A stretch of DNA of 24,639 nt, from positions 1-24,639 of the IMG/VR virus record IMGVR_UViG_3300012347_000324; one strand, written 5' to 3'. Below the pieces are notes generated by a model. It was not told the origin of the DNA, ran no database searches, and saw only the letters and a program-made list of their open reading frames with translations. The stretch's first letter is position 1; each line of letters begins with the position of its first letter. This stretch comes from a virus. Taxonomy: Duplodnaviria > Caudoviricetes. Made by a program: the position numbers and the translations under genes. This document shows positions 8,308-16,523 of the stretch, piece after piece.

Positions 8308-8398
8308 GCATACCGGGTCCCAGAAAACCGGGTTCCGGTTACCCGCAGGTCGGTAAACTGGGGACTATATAGAACACCATAAAGAAAACCATAAAGAA
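8282..8398. repeat. Iteron-like array plus A-rich direct repeats (candidate replication origin)
   Basis: CGG-N4-CCG-like boxes at 8306, 8321, 8336, 8351 (15-bp period), weaker ones at 8282 and 8294; ACCATAAAGAA at 8376 and 8388. Confidence 0.55.
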
Positions 8399-8469
8399 CC
8401 GGGGAACTTTAGTCTTTGACCTTGAGAGAGCAGATGGCTGAGTTATACACGCGCTGGCGCGCAGCGGCG

Positions 8470-8488
8470 ACACATACAGCAACAATAG
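8470..8488 (+). promoter_or_regulatory. 19-bp late motif, copy 2 (ACACATACAGCAACAATAG)
   Basis: Directly upstream of the AGAAGGAG RBS and ATG of the M23 peptidase. Confidence 0.8.
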
Positions 8489-8506
8489 CAATAGAAGGAG
8501 CCATCA

Positions 8507-9049
8507 ATGAGATACCCACTTGAGAACGCAAAGACACGCATCACCAGCCCGTTCGGCTGGAGAGTTCACCCTGTCAGCAAAAAGCGCACCATGCACTACG
8601 GCGTTGACTACGGCGCGTCCGAGGGCACTACCATCTACACCATCGAAGACGGCATCGTCATTGAGTCCCGCCTTTCAACCGCAGCAAACGGTGGCTACGG
8701 CGAGTACGTGAAGGTCAAGCACCCGAACGGCGACGTCTCCACATATGCTCACATGATCCCGGGCAGCCGCGCGGTCAAGAAGGGCGACAAGGTTGTCGAA
8801 GGCCAGATGCTAGGCAAGGTTGGCGAGAGCGGCAACACTACGGGTCCTCACCTTCACTGGGAGGTCGCGGTCAAGGGCAGCCCGGTCAACCCTATCGTCT
8901 ACGTTGAGAACGGGATGAAGAAGGACAAGCCTCGCCCTGTTATCAGAACACCGGAAAGCCGTGGCATCAAGAAGCCGGCGGCCCCAGCACCAGCAGCACC
9001 CAAGGCACCAGCGAAGAAAGCACCTATCGCTAAGCCTAAAGGTGAGTAA
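8507..9049 (+). CDS. M23 family peptidoglycan peptidase (endolysin component)
   Basis: ITSPFGWR, HYGVDYG (HxxxD), YAHM, TGPHLHWE (HxH); Pro/Ala/Lys-rich tail. Confidence 0.93.
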   Translation: MRYPLENAKTRITSPFGWRVHPVSKKRTMHYGVDYGASEGTTIYTIEDGIVIESRLSTAANGGYGEYVKVKHPNGDVSTYAHMIPGSRAVKKGDKVVEGQMLGKVGESGNTTGPHLHWEVAVKGSPVNPIVYVENGMKKDKPRPVIRTPESRGIKKPAAPAPAAPKAPAKKAPIAKPKGE

Positions 9050-9051
9050 CC

Positions 9052-9540
9052 GTGAAGACCGCAAACGGCTGGCCCGTTATCGTCTCACGCTCTGACAAGA
9101 ACCTCGCCACAGGTAAGGTGCCTGGAACCTCTATCCGTCTAACGGCCCACAAGGCAGCCCTTCCGGTTCTCCTGGCCGTGGCTGCCGAAGTTCATAACAG
9201 GGTCTACTCCATCACCGCCAACAACGCTGACGGCCAAGACGAGGCGGGCTACACCTACCGAGTTATCGCTGGCACGTCCGAGTACTCTAACCACGCTTCC
9301 GGTACCGCCATTGATCTGAACTGGCGTATGTGGCCTATGTTCAAGCGCCGCATGACTGGTGCGCAGAGGCGCGCCGCGGAAGCCATTGCGGCTGAGTTCA
9401 GCCCGATCATCACCTGGGGCGGCTCTTGGGGGTCCCGCGCAGACGAGATGCACTGGGAGATAGCCGAAGGGGTCACCCTGTCGCAGGTGAAAGCCTGGTC
9501 TGCCAAGCATGTTAGCGCGTCTGGCCGCCTGCTAAAATAA
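9052..9540 (+). CDS. M15 family zinc peptidase (endolysin component)
   Basis: GYTYR...SNHASGTAIDLN...WGGSW...DEMHWE; N-terminal TANGWP as in actinophage lysins; GTG start. Confidence 0.9.
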   Translation: MKTANGWPVIVSRSDKNLATGKVPGTSIRLTAHKAALPVLLAVAAEVHNRVYSITANNADGQDEAGYTYRVIAGTSEYSNHASGTAIDLNWRMWPMFKRRMTGAQRRAAEAIAAEFSPIITWGGSWGSRADEMHWEIAEGVTLSQVKAWSAKHVSASGRLLK

Positions 9541-9542
9541 TC

Positions 9543-9622
9543 CGGACGGAAAATAAAGAAATATTCCGACCATTTGGAAAACAGGCCGATAGATACTCTG
9601 TAGAAGGAAATACCAACTACAG
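9543..9622 (+). promoter_or_regulatory. Class-E promoter-like element, copy C
   Basis: CGGACGGA(9543); CCATTTGGAAAACAGGCCGATAGATACTCTGTAG (9570-9603); hairpin CTGTAG/CTACAG (9598-9622). Confidence 0.75.
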
Positions 9623-9634
9623 AAAGCAGACAGA

Positions 9635-10048
9635 ATGTCAACAGGAATAGAAGCAGTAGCAGCCGGAGCCCTAGCGGTTATCATTGGTACCATCGGTGTA
9701 CAGGCAGCCAACGAGTTCCAGGACCCGTTCGCCGGCAAGACCGGCCAGGAACTTCGCCAGCAGATGGGCATCTCCGACCTCGTATATGAGTGCGCAGAGA
9801 AAGTCCTCGAAGGTAAAGACGTGGATGGCCTGGTTACCATCATCGAGAACATCAAAGAGAACAACCCGACCAACCAGGCGCTGGCACAGTGTGTGGCTCA
9901 GGACCCTTTCGGCTGGGCAGGTACCGAGAAGGAGTGGGCGCTTGACCTGCTAGACGGTACCTACGACGGCGTGTACACAGTCCCTGTCATCGACCTGACC
10001 AAGGAAACCCCCACCCTTGAGGAACTAATGAGCGGAAAGAGCAACTAA
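9635..10048 (+). CDS. Hypothetical protein with hydrophobic N-terminus
   Basis: Follows class-E element C; AVAAGALAVIIGTIGV helix. Confidence 0.75.
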   Translation: MSTGIEAVAAGALAVIIGTIGVQAANEFQDPFAGKTGQELRQQMGISDLVYECAEKVLEGKDVDGLVTIIENIKENNPTNQALAQCVAQDPFGWAGTEKEWALDLLDGTYDGVYTVPVIDLTKETPTLEELMSGKSN

Positions 10049-10314
10049 TGGAAGACCTAACCATCCGCACCGAAATCAGAAAGCGCTGTCGCAACTTCTT
10101 GTCTATCACGGCAAGCCGCACGGAGTACATGATCCGCAACAACACGGTCCCAAGTCGACCTGTCGACCCGATCAAGATTTTCGAGCCAGCAGAATACCGC
10201 CGTTGGTGGAGAAGCGTCATCCGCCTAGACCGAGTAGAGTACGCTAACCTAACCATTACGTTCAGCGACGGAGTCTACTGGGACCTACGCGAGGGGACCA
10301 GACAGTATGTTTGA
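10048..10314 (+). CDS. Hypothetical protein
   Basis: TAATG coupling; 88 aa. Confidence 0.65.
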   Translation: MEDLTIRTEIRKRCRNFLSITASRTEYMIRNNTVPSRPVDPIKIFEPAEYRRWWRSVIRLDRVEYANLTITFSDGVYWDLREGTRQYV

Positions 10315-10552
10315 GCCAGTACCTAACGCCCCGGCGTATTCCCCTTGGCACGTCATTGAGTTGCGCTTGCTTCGCAACAGGGTTGCTAACCTTTACGAAC
10401 TGAACGGGGAGGACAGGGAGACCGCGGAGACCCTGGCGTTCCTCCTTGACTTCGACGGCCTCAACGCTGCCGTAGCCCACCTGTCTAACAAGCGCATCAT
10501 CATGATGGGTGTTCAGGATGGCAAGGCGATGTGGACCGAAGAGAACGTGTAA
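10307..10552 (+). CDS. Hypothetical protein
   Basis: GAGGGG RBS; 8-nt overlap with the upstream gene. Confidence 0.65.
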   Translation: MFEPVPNAPAYSPWHVIELRLLRNRVANLYELNGEDRETAETLAFLLDFDGLNAAVAHLSNKRIIMMGVQDGKAMWTEENV

Positions 10553-10570
10553 CGCATACAGTAACAATAG
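10552..10570 (+). promoter_or_regulatory. 19-bp late motif, copy 3 (ACGCATACAGTAACAATAG)
   Basis: Single C>T variant; followed by a structured non-coding segment rather than a gene. Confidence 0.75.
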
Positions 10571-10575
10571 AAAAC

Positions 10576-10702
10576 AGATGCCCTTGGCGTCGTAGAGTAG
10601 TCCCCCGCGGGTGAGGAAATAGACTCCCCGGCTTCCCGTCTCTCTTCCGGGTTGCTGGGTTGAGCAGGCCAACAGGTAGGCCATGACCCCCGCGGGGGGC
10701 TG
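10576..10702 (+). ncRNA. Candidate structured non-coding RNA
   Basis: 14-bp closing helix 10598-10611/10689-10702 encloses four short hairpins; the ATG at 10578 gives only 5 codons. Confidence 0.45.
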
Positions 10703-10713
10703 TCACGTCCGAG

Positions 10714-10732
10714 ACACATACAGCAACAATAG
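10714..10732 (+). promoter_or_regulatory. 19-bp late motif, copy 4 (ACACATACAGCAACAATAG)
   Basis: Only 5 nt separate it from the ATG at 10738, consistent with a leaderless mRNA. Confidence 0.8.
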
Positions 10733-10737
10733 AACAC

Positions 10738-11001
10738 ATGAGCGAGAACATACCTGACAAGGACTTTGAAGACGCGGCCATCATTTGCTGGGAGCGCGCA
10801 GTCTATCACGCCGAAAAGGCGCAACAGGTAGCGGAAGACGCCATGAGACTTTGGCAGTTGGGCGTTGCGGCCGTACGTGAGCAGCAGATCCTCGCGGGCG
10901 CATACCTTGCCTTGGGCGGTTATGGCTCCGACATTGAGGCTTATCAGGAACTCGGCTTGCCATTTGACGAGAAAGACGTTCTGGATTACCCGGAGGACTA
11001 A
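10738..11001 (+). CDS. Hypothetical protein coupled to terL
   Basis: TAATG overlap with terL; no Shine-Dalgarno sequence. Confidence 0.7.
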   Translation: MSENIPDKDFEDAAIICWERAVYHAEKAQQVAEDAMRLWQLGVAAVREQQILAGAYLALGGYGSDIEAYQELGLPFDEKDVLDYPED

Positions 11002-12413
11002 TGACCCAACTACCTAACGACCCCGAGGTGTTGGCGCGCGTTCGTTCCCTATTGGAAGCCCGCAGCGCAGCCGTCGCTTGGCGTTGCGACCTTGATGACT
11101 GTGATGGTCAGCCGCACGAGGGAAAGCCTCAACAGCATGCCCGCACCAAGCAGTTGCCGCCTTGGGATTTCCGGAAAGCCGACGGTATACCTGTCAAGCG
11201 CTGGTACCTGCGTGGCGGTCGTGGATCAGGAAAGACGTGGGCCGGCGCTCGCGCGCTCGCCGAAGTTATCCTATGGCACGGCGGCGCTGATGAGAATGGC
11301 AACCACCGATCATACGGCATTGTCGGCCCTAACTTCGGGTATACCCAGGACACCCTGGTAGAAGGTGACAGCGGCCTCATCATTGCGCTCGGCGGCGAAG
11401 AGGGCCCGCACATCGAGTTCTACAACAGGTCCAAGGGCATCATCTACCTAAAGAACGGCGCTCGCGTTTACACGGCGGGTGCTGACAACTTCGGTAAGGG
11501 TATCGAAGGTAAGAACATGTCCGCCATCTGGTGTGACGAGGTTGGCCTCTGGTCCCTGCGTCGTTGGAAGTACGTGTGGGAAAACGCGATCCGATTTGCT
11601 GTCCGTAAGAACCCGTCGCTATACATCCTGACAGGTACGCCGAAAGAAGGCCACCCGTTCGTTCAGGAACTGCTGAAGGACCCGAGCGTTGTCAAGGTTG
11701 TCATGGCGACCAAGGAGAACCGCGCCCTGCCGCCAGAACAGTTGGCTGAGTGGGAGCAACTGTATGCCGGAACCCGTCTTGGCCGTCAGGAGTTGGATGG
11801 TGAAGTGCTGCTTGACACCCCGGGCGCGCTTTGGTCTTCCGCTATCATTGAGAACCACCGCATTCAGTCCGGCTTGGCCCCCGAGGACTTCCTACAAATC
11901 GTTGTCGGCTGGGACCCCGCCGTGACGTCTAAGGGCGACAGCGACGAACACGGTATCATCGTGGCAGGTCAGTTGCCAGGGGACCCGGCACACTATGCGA
12001 TCTTGGAAGACGCTTCGGGGCAATACACGCCCATGGAAGCGGTTCGTAGGGTGGCTGACATGTATGAGAAGTGGGGTGCGAACACCGTGGTCGCCGAAAC
12101 CAACAACGGTGGCGATATGATTGGCGCTCTCCTTCGAACGCATACAGCAACAATAGCATTGACGACAGTAACTGCGACCCGAGGAAAGCGTTTGCGCGCC
12201 GAACCGGTGGCGGCCCTGTCTGAACAAGGAAGACTTCACATGGTCGGAACGCACCCGAAACTGGAAGATCAGATGACAAAATGGTCCCCGGAAGCCCAAG
12301 GTTCGCCTGACCGCCTCGACGCGATGGTGTGGGCCGTAACCGCACTTCAAGAAAAGGGTGCCACCTCACGTGCGTTTGTGGGTAAGCACCGCATCTCTAT
12401 AAGGAGCAACTAA
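11001..12413 (+). CDS. terL: Terminase large subunit
   Basis: Walker A GGRGSGKT, Walker B IWCDE, TGTP coupling motif, nuclease GWDPA...DRLDA. Confidence 0.96.
   Translation: MTQLPNDPEVLARVRSLLEARSAAVAWRCDLDDCDGQPHEGKPQQHARTKQLPPWDFRKADGIPVKRWYLRGGRGSGKTWAGARALAEVILWHGGADENGNHRSYGIVGPNFGYTQDTLVEGDSGLIIALGGEEGPHIEFYNRSKGIIYLKNGARVYTAGADNFGKGIEGKNMSAIWCDEVGLWSLRRWKYVWENAIRFAVRKNPSLYILTGTPKEGHPFVQELLKDPSVVKVVMATKENRALPPEQLAEWEQLYAGTRLGRQELDGEVLLDTPGALWSSAIIENHRIQSGLAPEDFLQIVVGWDPAVTSKGDSDEHGIIVAGQLPGDPAHYAILEDASGQYTPMEAVRRVADMYEKWGANTVVAETNNGGDMIGALLRTHTATIALTTVTATRGKRLRAEPVAALSEQGRLHMVGTHPKLEDQMTKWSPEAQGSPDRLDAMVWAVTALQEKGATSRAFVGKHRISIRSN
12138..12156 (+). promoter_or_regulatory. 19-bp late motif, copy 5 (inside terL)
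   Basis: Exact ACGCATACAGCAACAATAG, 256 nt upstream of the portal ATG. Confidence 0.75.
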
Positions 12414-15286
12414 TGGGACTATTTGACCGGTTTACACGCAACCCCGGTGACCGTCGCAACGTGGAAGTCGTCGGACCTAACGGCGAAGACCTGAACAAGT
12501 TTGAATACAAGGGCCTCTGGGCACAGGCCGTAGGCGCCCTGACCGAAGGCAACACCGAGATTGGCAAGATCCGCCCGAAGGCAGACGACTCCATCAACAT
12601 GAACGCGGTTGCTTCCCGCTGTGTTGACCTGATCGTCGACAGCCTTTCCTCACGCGACATCGAAGTTGTCGATGGCAACGGCGAACCGGTAGACCACTAC
12701 CTTGAGACCCTGTGGAACGAAAGCCCTAACCCTTCTCAGTCTGCTCGCCTTTTCAAGAAGTCCGTATGGTACCGCATCATGCTTCACGGCGAGGCAATCG
12801 TTATCCTTGATCGCGGCGCTTCACGTGTTGACGCCCCCAAGAGCGCTCACCTTCACTACGGCAAGACCAAGGTTCGCCTGTCTAAGGCAACCCCGCAGGC
12901 GCCACAGGGTGACATCCTTGCTTATGAGATTCAGGTAGGGGAAACCTGGTACACCCTGGCCCCAACCGAAGTCCTTTGGCTACGCGAGCCGGACCCTGCC
13001 AACCCTTGGAAGTCCCGCGCACCTATCTCTGCCGCTCTTGAGTCGATCGGTCTCGCACGCGCAGCCCGCGGATGGCAGGCAGGCCAGTTGCTAAACGGCG
13101 CTAACCCTAACGGTATCGTACAGGTGCTCGGCACCCCGTCAAGCGAAGAGGAATACTACCTCATCCGCGACGAGATTGAGGCAGCCCTAACTGGCCCTTC
13201 ATCTGCCGGCCGTATCGCAACCGTCGCAAGCCCGCTAGAAGTCAAGTTTACCCCAACCTCTATGAACGCTCAGGAAGTCGCCTACCTTGATACCCTCAAG
13301 TTGACCGACGAGCAGATCGCTAACGCCCTTGGTGTTCCACTGGACCTCATTGGTGGCCAGCGCACATACCAGAACCTTGACGCTGCTTGGCGCATTCTCT
13401 GGGAGGGCACCCTGTTGCCTCGCCTAGAGATTATCGCTTCTGAGATGAACCGTCAGGCGCTCGTTGACACCGAGTTCACGGCTCGCTTCATCACCTCTGA
13501 CATCACCGCCCTTCAGGAGGGCCAGGATGCTCTAACCGCTCGCGTGACCAAGGCTACCGAGGGTGACATTGTTACCCTGGATGAGGCTCGCGCAAAGTTG
13601 GGCTTCGGTCCAATGGAGAACGGCATGGGCGCCCTCACCATCAGCGCTTACAAGGCAGCCCTTGGCATCACCGCCGCACCCGCTGCTCGTACAGGCGACC
13701 CTGTTTCAGAGACCCGCTCGGAGGCGAACCCAAACTCTTTTAGATTGGCCACGGGACCGCTAGCGCTTGTTTGCGACATTGATGACACTCTCATCAAGGC
13801 AGACGGCTCACTAAACGTTGCCGTGGCTGACTATGTTGATGACTTTGATGGCATTGTCTGCCTCATTACCGGTCGTTCAGTAGAGGACCACGACGCTACC
13901 GTCGCCCAACTAGCCGCTTTGGACATCGACTACGATGAACTTCACGAGCGCGACTTCGGCACCGGCGCCCAGACCAACGAGTACAAGGCTTACAAGATTG
14001 GCAAGTTGATGGAGACCTATAACGTCACCATCGCTATCGACAACGACGCTGAGGCTCGCAAGGCTTACAAGGAAGCCGGTGTTGCCCTTGTGGTGAACCC
14101 TACTGACATTGTGGCCGCTGATCAGCCCGACGACAGCGACAGCGACCAGGATAACACCCGCGCCGTCTCCGTTCCAGAGTACATCCGCTTGAACGCCAAG
14201 CGCGGACTAGACTACCTTGAAGAGGGTTTCGGTGGTGAGGGTCTAACCGACCAGACTATCGCTGAGGCTCGCGACATTGCTGCTGGGTCCATCTCGGATG
14301 ACAAGGTTCGCCGTATTGCCCCCTGGATTGCGCGCCACCTTGTAGACCTTGAAGCACCAGCGAACAATGACCCGGAGAACCCGGGCTACCCAGGCAACGG
14401 CCTTGTCGCTCACCTGCTATGGGGTTCGGGTCCTGACCGCGCGACCGCTAACCGTGTTCGCCGTTGGGCTGAACGCGAAGCAGCAAAGTTCGAGAAGGCC
14501 GCCGGCAACCCCGGCCTCCACGTACGCGAAGTCTCCCCTGAGAAAGTAGAGCGCACCCTGGACCGCCTGGAAGCCCGCACCCAGCGTGCGGTTGAGCAAC
14601 TAGCGGCAGCCCAGTTGCGTGAGGCCAACAAGCGCATTCAGCGTGGCCAGCGTGACGAGACCCTGCCGGCGGACGCCAAGATTGCCTTCAACGAGGCAGC
14701 CTGGACCGAGCGCGGCTACGAGTACTTCTTCCCCCTACTAAGCGCTGCTGCCGAAGAGGGTTACGCAATCACCGCTGGCACCCTTGACGCTGACCTGCTG
14801 GGCATTGACAAGTTCATCGAGTCGGCTGTAGATGCTCGCACCCAGGTCCTCGTCGGACAGGTAAACGATACCACCGCAAAGGTTCTCCAGGAGCGCCTGA
14901 CAGCCTCCGCAGTTGCTGACCGCGTAAGCGTAGTACAGTACCGAGAGATTCTCGAGAAGACCTTCGGCGAACTCTCAACCTACCGCGCTGAGACCATCGC
15001 TCGCACCGAAATGATTGGCACCTACAACGGGGCCTCTCGTCAGGCAGCCGTTGACAGCGGTGTTCCGATCGCCCGCGAATGGCTTGCTGTTGGCGCGAAC
15101 GGATCAGACGACCGCACTCGTCCAAGCCACGTTAGACTAGATGGCGAAAGAACCACCAGCATGAACGACCCATACTCCAATGGCCTTATGTATCCAGGCG
15201 ACCCAAGTGGCCCTGCTTCAGAGACCGTGAACTGCCGCTGCGTAGAACTCTACGTAACGGACTACACCCCGGAAGGAAACAAATAA
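12413..15286 (+). CDS. Portal protein fused to HAD phosphatase, uncharacterised domain and MuF (SPP1 gp7-like) domain
   Basis: HK97-type portal aa ~1-420 (PNPSQS, LHGEA, NGANPNG, IANALGVP, TLDEARAKLG); HAD DIDDT..ITGR..K..IDND aa ~450-565; RGL..ARH..GYPG..LLWG domain aa ~585-695; MuF RAETIARTE..W..RTRPSH..LDG..PGDP..NCRC. Confidence 0.92.
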   Translation: MGLFDRFTRNPGDRRNVEVVGPNGEDLNKFEYKGLWAQAVGALTEGNTEIGKIRPKADDSINMNAVASRCVDLIVDSLSSRDIEVVDGNGEPVDHYLETLWNESPNPSQSARLFKKSVWYRIMLHGEAIVILDRGASRVDAPKSAHLHYGKTKVRLSKATPQAPQGDILAYEIQVGETWYTLAPTEVLWLREPDPANPWKSRAPISAALESIGLARAARGWQAGQLLNGANPNGIVQVLGTPSSEEEYYLIRDEIEAALTGPSSAGRIATVASPLEVKFTPTSMNAQEVAYLDTLKLTDEQIANALGVPLDLIGGQRTYQNLDAAWRILWEGTLLPRLEIIASEMNRQALVDTEFTARFITSDITALQEGQDALTARVTKATEGDIVTLDEARAKLGFGPMENGMGALTISAYKAALGITAAPAARTGDPVSETRSEANPNSFRLATGPLALVCDIDDTLIKADGSLNVAVADYVDDFDGIVCLITGRSVEDHDATVAQLAALDIDYDELHERDFGTGAQTNEYKAYKIGKLMETYNVTIAIDNDAEARKAYKEAGVALVVNPTDIVAADQPDDSDSDQDNTRAVSVPEYIRLNAKRGLDYLEEGFGGEGLTDQTIAEARDIAAGSISDDKVRRIAPWIARHLVDLEAPANNDPENPGYPGNGLVAHLLWGSGPDRATANRVRRWAEREAAKFEKAAGNPGLHVREVSPEKVERTLDRLEARTQRAVEQLAAAQLREANKRIQRGQRDETLPADAKIAFNEAAWTERGYEYFFPLLSAAAEEGYAITAGTLDADLLGIDKFIESAVDARTQVLVGQVNDTTAKVLQERLTASAVADRVSVVQYREILEKTFGELSTYRAETIARTEMIGTYNGASRQAAVDSGVPIAREWLAVGANGSDDRTRPSHVRLDGERTTSMNDPYSNGLMYPGDPSGPASETVNCRCVELYVTDYTPEGNK

Positions 15287-15287
15287 A

Positions 15288-16127
15288 ATGACCGAATGGA
15301 TGTCACAGGTTCGCGCTATCGAACTGCGCGCAGTCCCAGGCGAAGACGGCCAGAACTCTTTCGAGGGCTTGGCATGTAAGTACGGGGTCACAGACTCCTA
15401 CGGCACGGTCTTCGTGCCCAACTGCTTTACCCGTGGAGGCCTAGACAACCGCGTCTACTCCCTCCTGTGGATGCACGACCCAACCCGCCCAGTGGGCACC
15501 TTCACCGCTGAAGAGCGCGCTGACGGCCTTTACATCGTTGGCAAGTGGGACGACAACACCGCTGGCCGCGAAGCCCGCGCTGCCGCCCTTTCCGGATCAG
15601 CCGCAGACCTTTCTGTCGGCTTCACCTGGATGAAGGACGCAAACGCACCAGAGGACTACATCACCGTGGCACGCCTTATGGAGGTCTCCCAGGTGACCAG
15701 CCGTTTCGGCGCCGTTCCCGGTTCCGTGTTGACCGCTGTACGTGCTGCCGCCCTTGCCGACGAGACCCGCGCTGGCCGTGTGCTCTCTACCCGCAACGAG
15801 GAAGCCCTGCGCACCGCTGCCGACCTGCTGAACCAGGTCCTCGCACAGGTGGGCGTTGAGGAAGTTTCTGAAGATGGCGAGCGCTGGGGAACCGAATACC
15901 ACACCCAGGGCGAAATCGTCGTACAAGGCTCACCAGAGGCCGAAGAGGCAGAGACCCAGTCCGACACACCTGCCATTGACGAAACCCCGTCAGAGGGCCT
16001 TGTAGAGGCTCCTGAGGCCATTGTAGAGCCTGCCATCGAAGAAGTTGTTGACGAGGCACCAGAGGCTGCCAAGAAGAAGCGTGCTGCTGACATCGAGCGC
16101 CTTGCTCGCTACCTCAACACTATCTAA
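15288..16127 (+). CDS. HK97-type prohead maturation protease with acidic C-terminal extension
   Basis: FEGLA, DSYG, LWMHD (His), LSVGF (Ser), LMEVSQV (Glu). Confidence 0.92.
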   Translation: MTEWMSQVRAIELRAVPGEDGQNSFEGLACKYGVTDSYGTVFVPNCFTRGGLDNRVYSLLWMHDPTRPVGTFTAEERADGLYIVGKWDDNTAGREARAAALSGSAADLSVGFTWMKDANAPEDYITVARLMEVSQVTSRFGAVPGSVLTAVRAAALADETRAGRVLSTRNEEALRTAADLLNQVLAQVGVEEVSEDGERWGTEYHTQGEIVVQGSPEAEEAETQSDTPAIDETPSEGLVEAPEAIVEPAIEEVVDEAPEAAKKKRAADIERLARYLNTI

Positions 16128-16135
16128 CCTAATCT

Positions 16136-16174
16136 CCGTGGGCACCTTGATGAGGGGTCGCCTGGTGCCCACGG
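16136..16174 (+). terminator. Stem-loop after protease gene (terminator or processing/stability signal)
   Basis: CCGTGGGCACC...GGTGCCCACGG perfect 11-bp inverted repeat; weak U tract. Confidence 0.55.
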
Positions 16175-16210
16175 TTCACCTTTCCGAGACCCTAACGAAA
16201 TGAGGAAGCC

Positions 16211-16519
16211 ATGAGTGACATCAACACTCCAGCAGAGGCTCCCTCAACTGCTACCCCAGTTGAGACCCCTGCGAAGAAACCTTTCATGAGCGAGAAGGCA
16301 AAGGCTCTAACGGGCTCTTGGCTTCGCGTGTTCGTTGCTGCCCTGATCGCTGCGGTGCTAGGCTCTGGCCAGGCTCCTTGGACTTGGGACTCAACTGAAG
16401 CGATGAACTTCGTGTGGTCTGCCGTTAGCGCAACCCTGCTGGTCATCTACAACTACCTGAACCCCAAGGATACCCGTTACGGCGTTGGCTCCGAGGGCGA
16501 GCAGGCAAGCCAGGAGTAA
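16211..16519 (+). CDS. Holin-like two-helix membrane protein
   Basis: SWLRVFVAALIAAVL and FVWSAVSATLLVIYNYLNPKDTRYG. Confidence 0.7.
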   Translation: MSDINTPAEAPSTATPVETPAKKPFMSEKAKALTGSWLRVFVAALIAAVLGSGQAPWTWDSTEAMNFVWSAVSATLLVIYNYLNPKDTRYGVGSEGEQASQE

Positions 16520-16523
16520 CCCC

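Noticed and set aside
8124-8372. ORF 8124..8372 (+) as a real gene
   Set aside because: It overlaps a better-supported minus-strand gene and its promoter; only its 3' repeat pattern is informative and is treated as an iteron-like array.
10576-10702. tRNA or SRP RNA
   Set aside because: No TTCRA T-loop, 7-bp acceptor stem/CCA, or SRP helix-8 motif could be seen; kept only as an unclassified candidate RNA.
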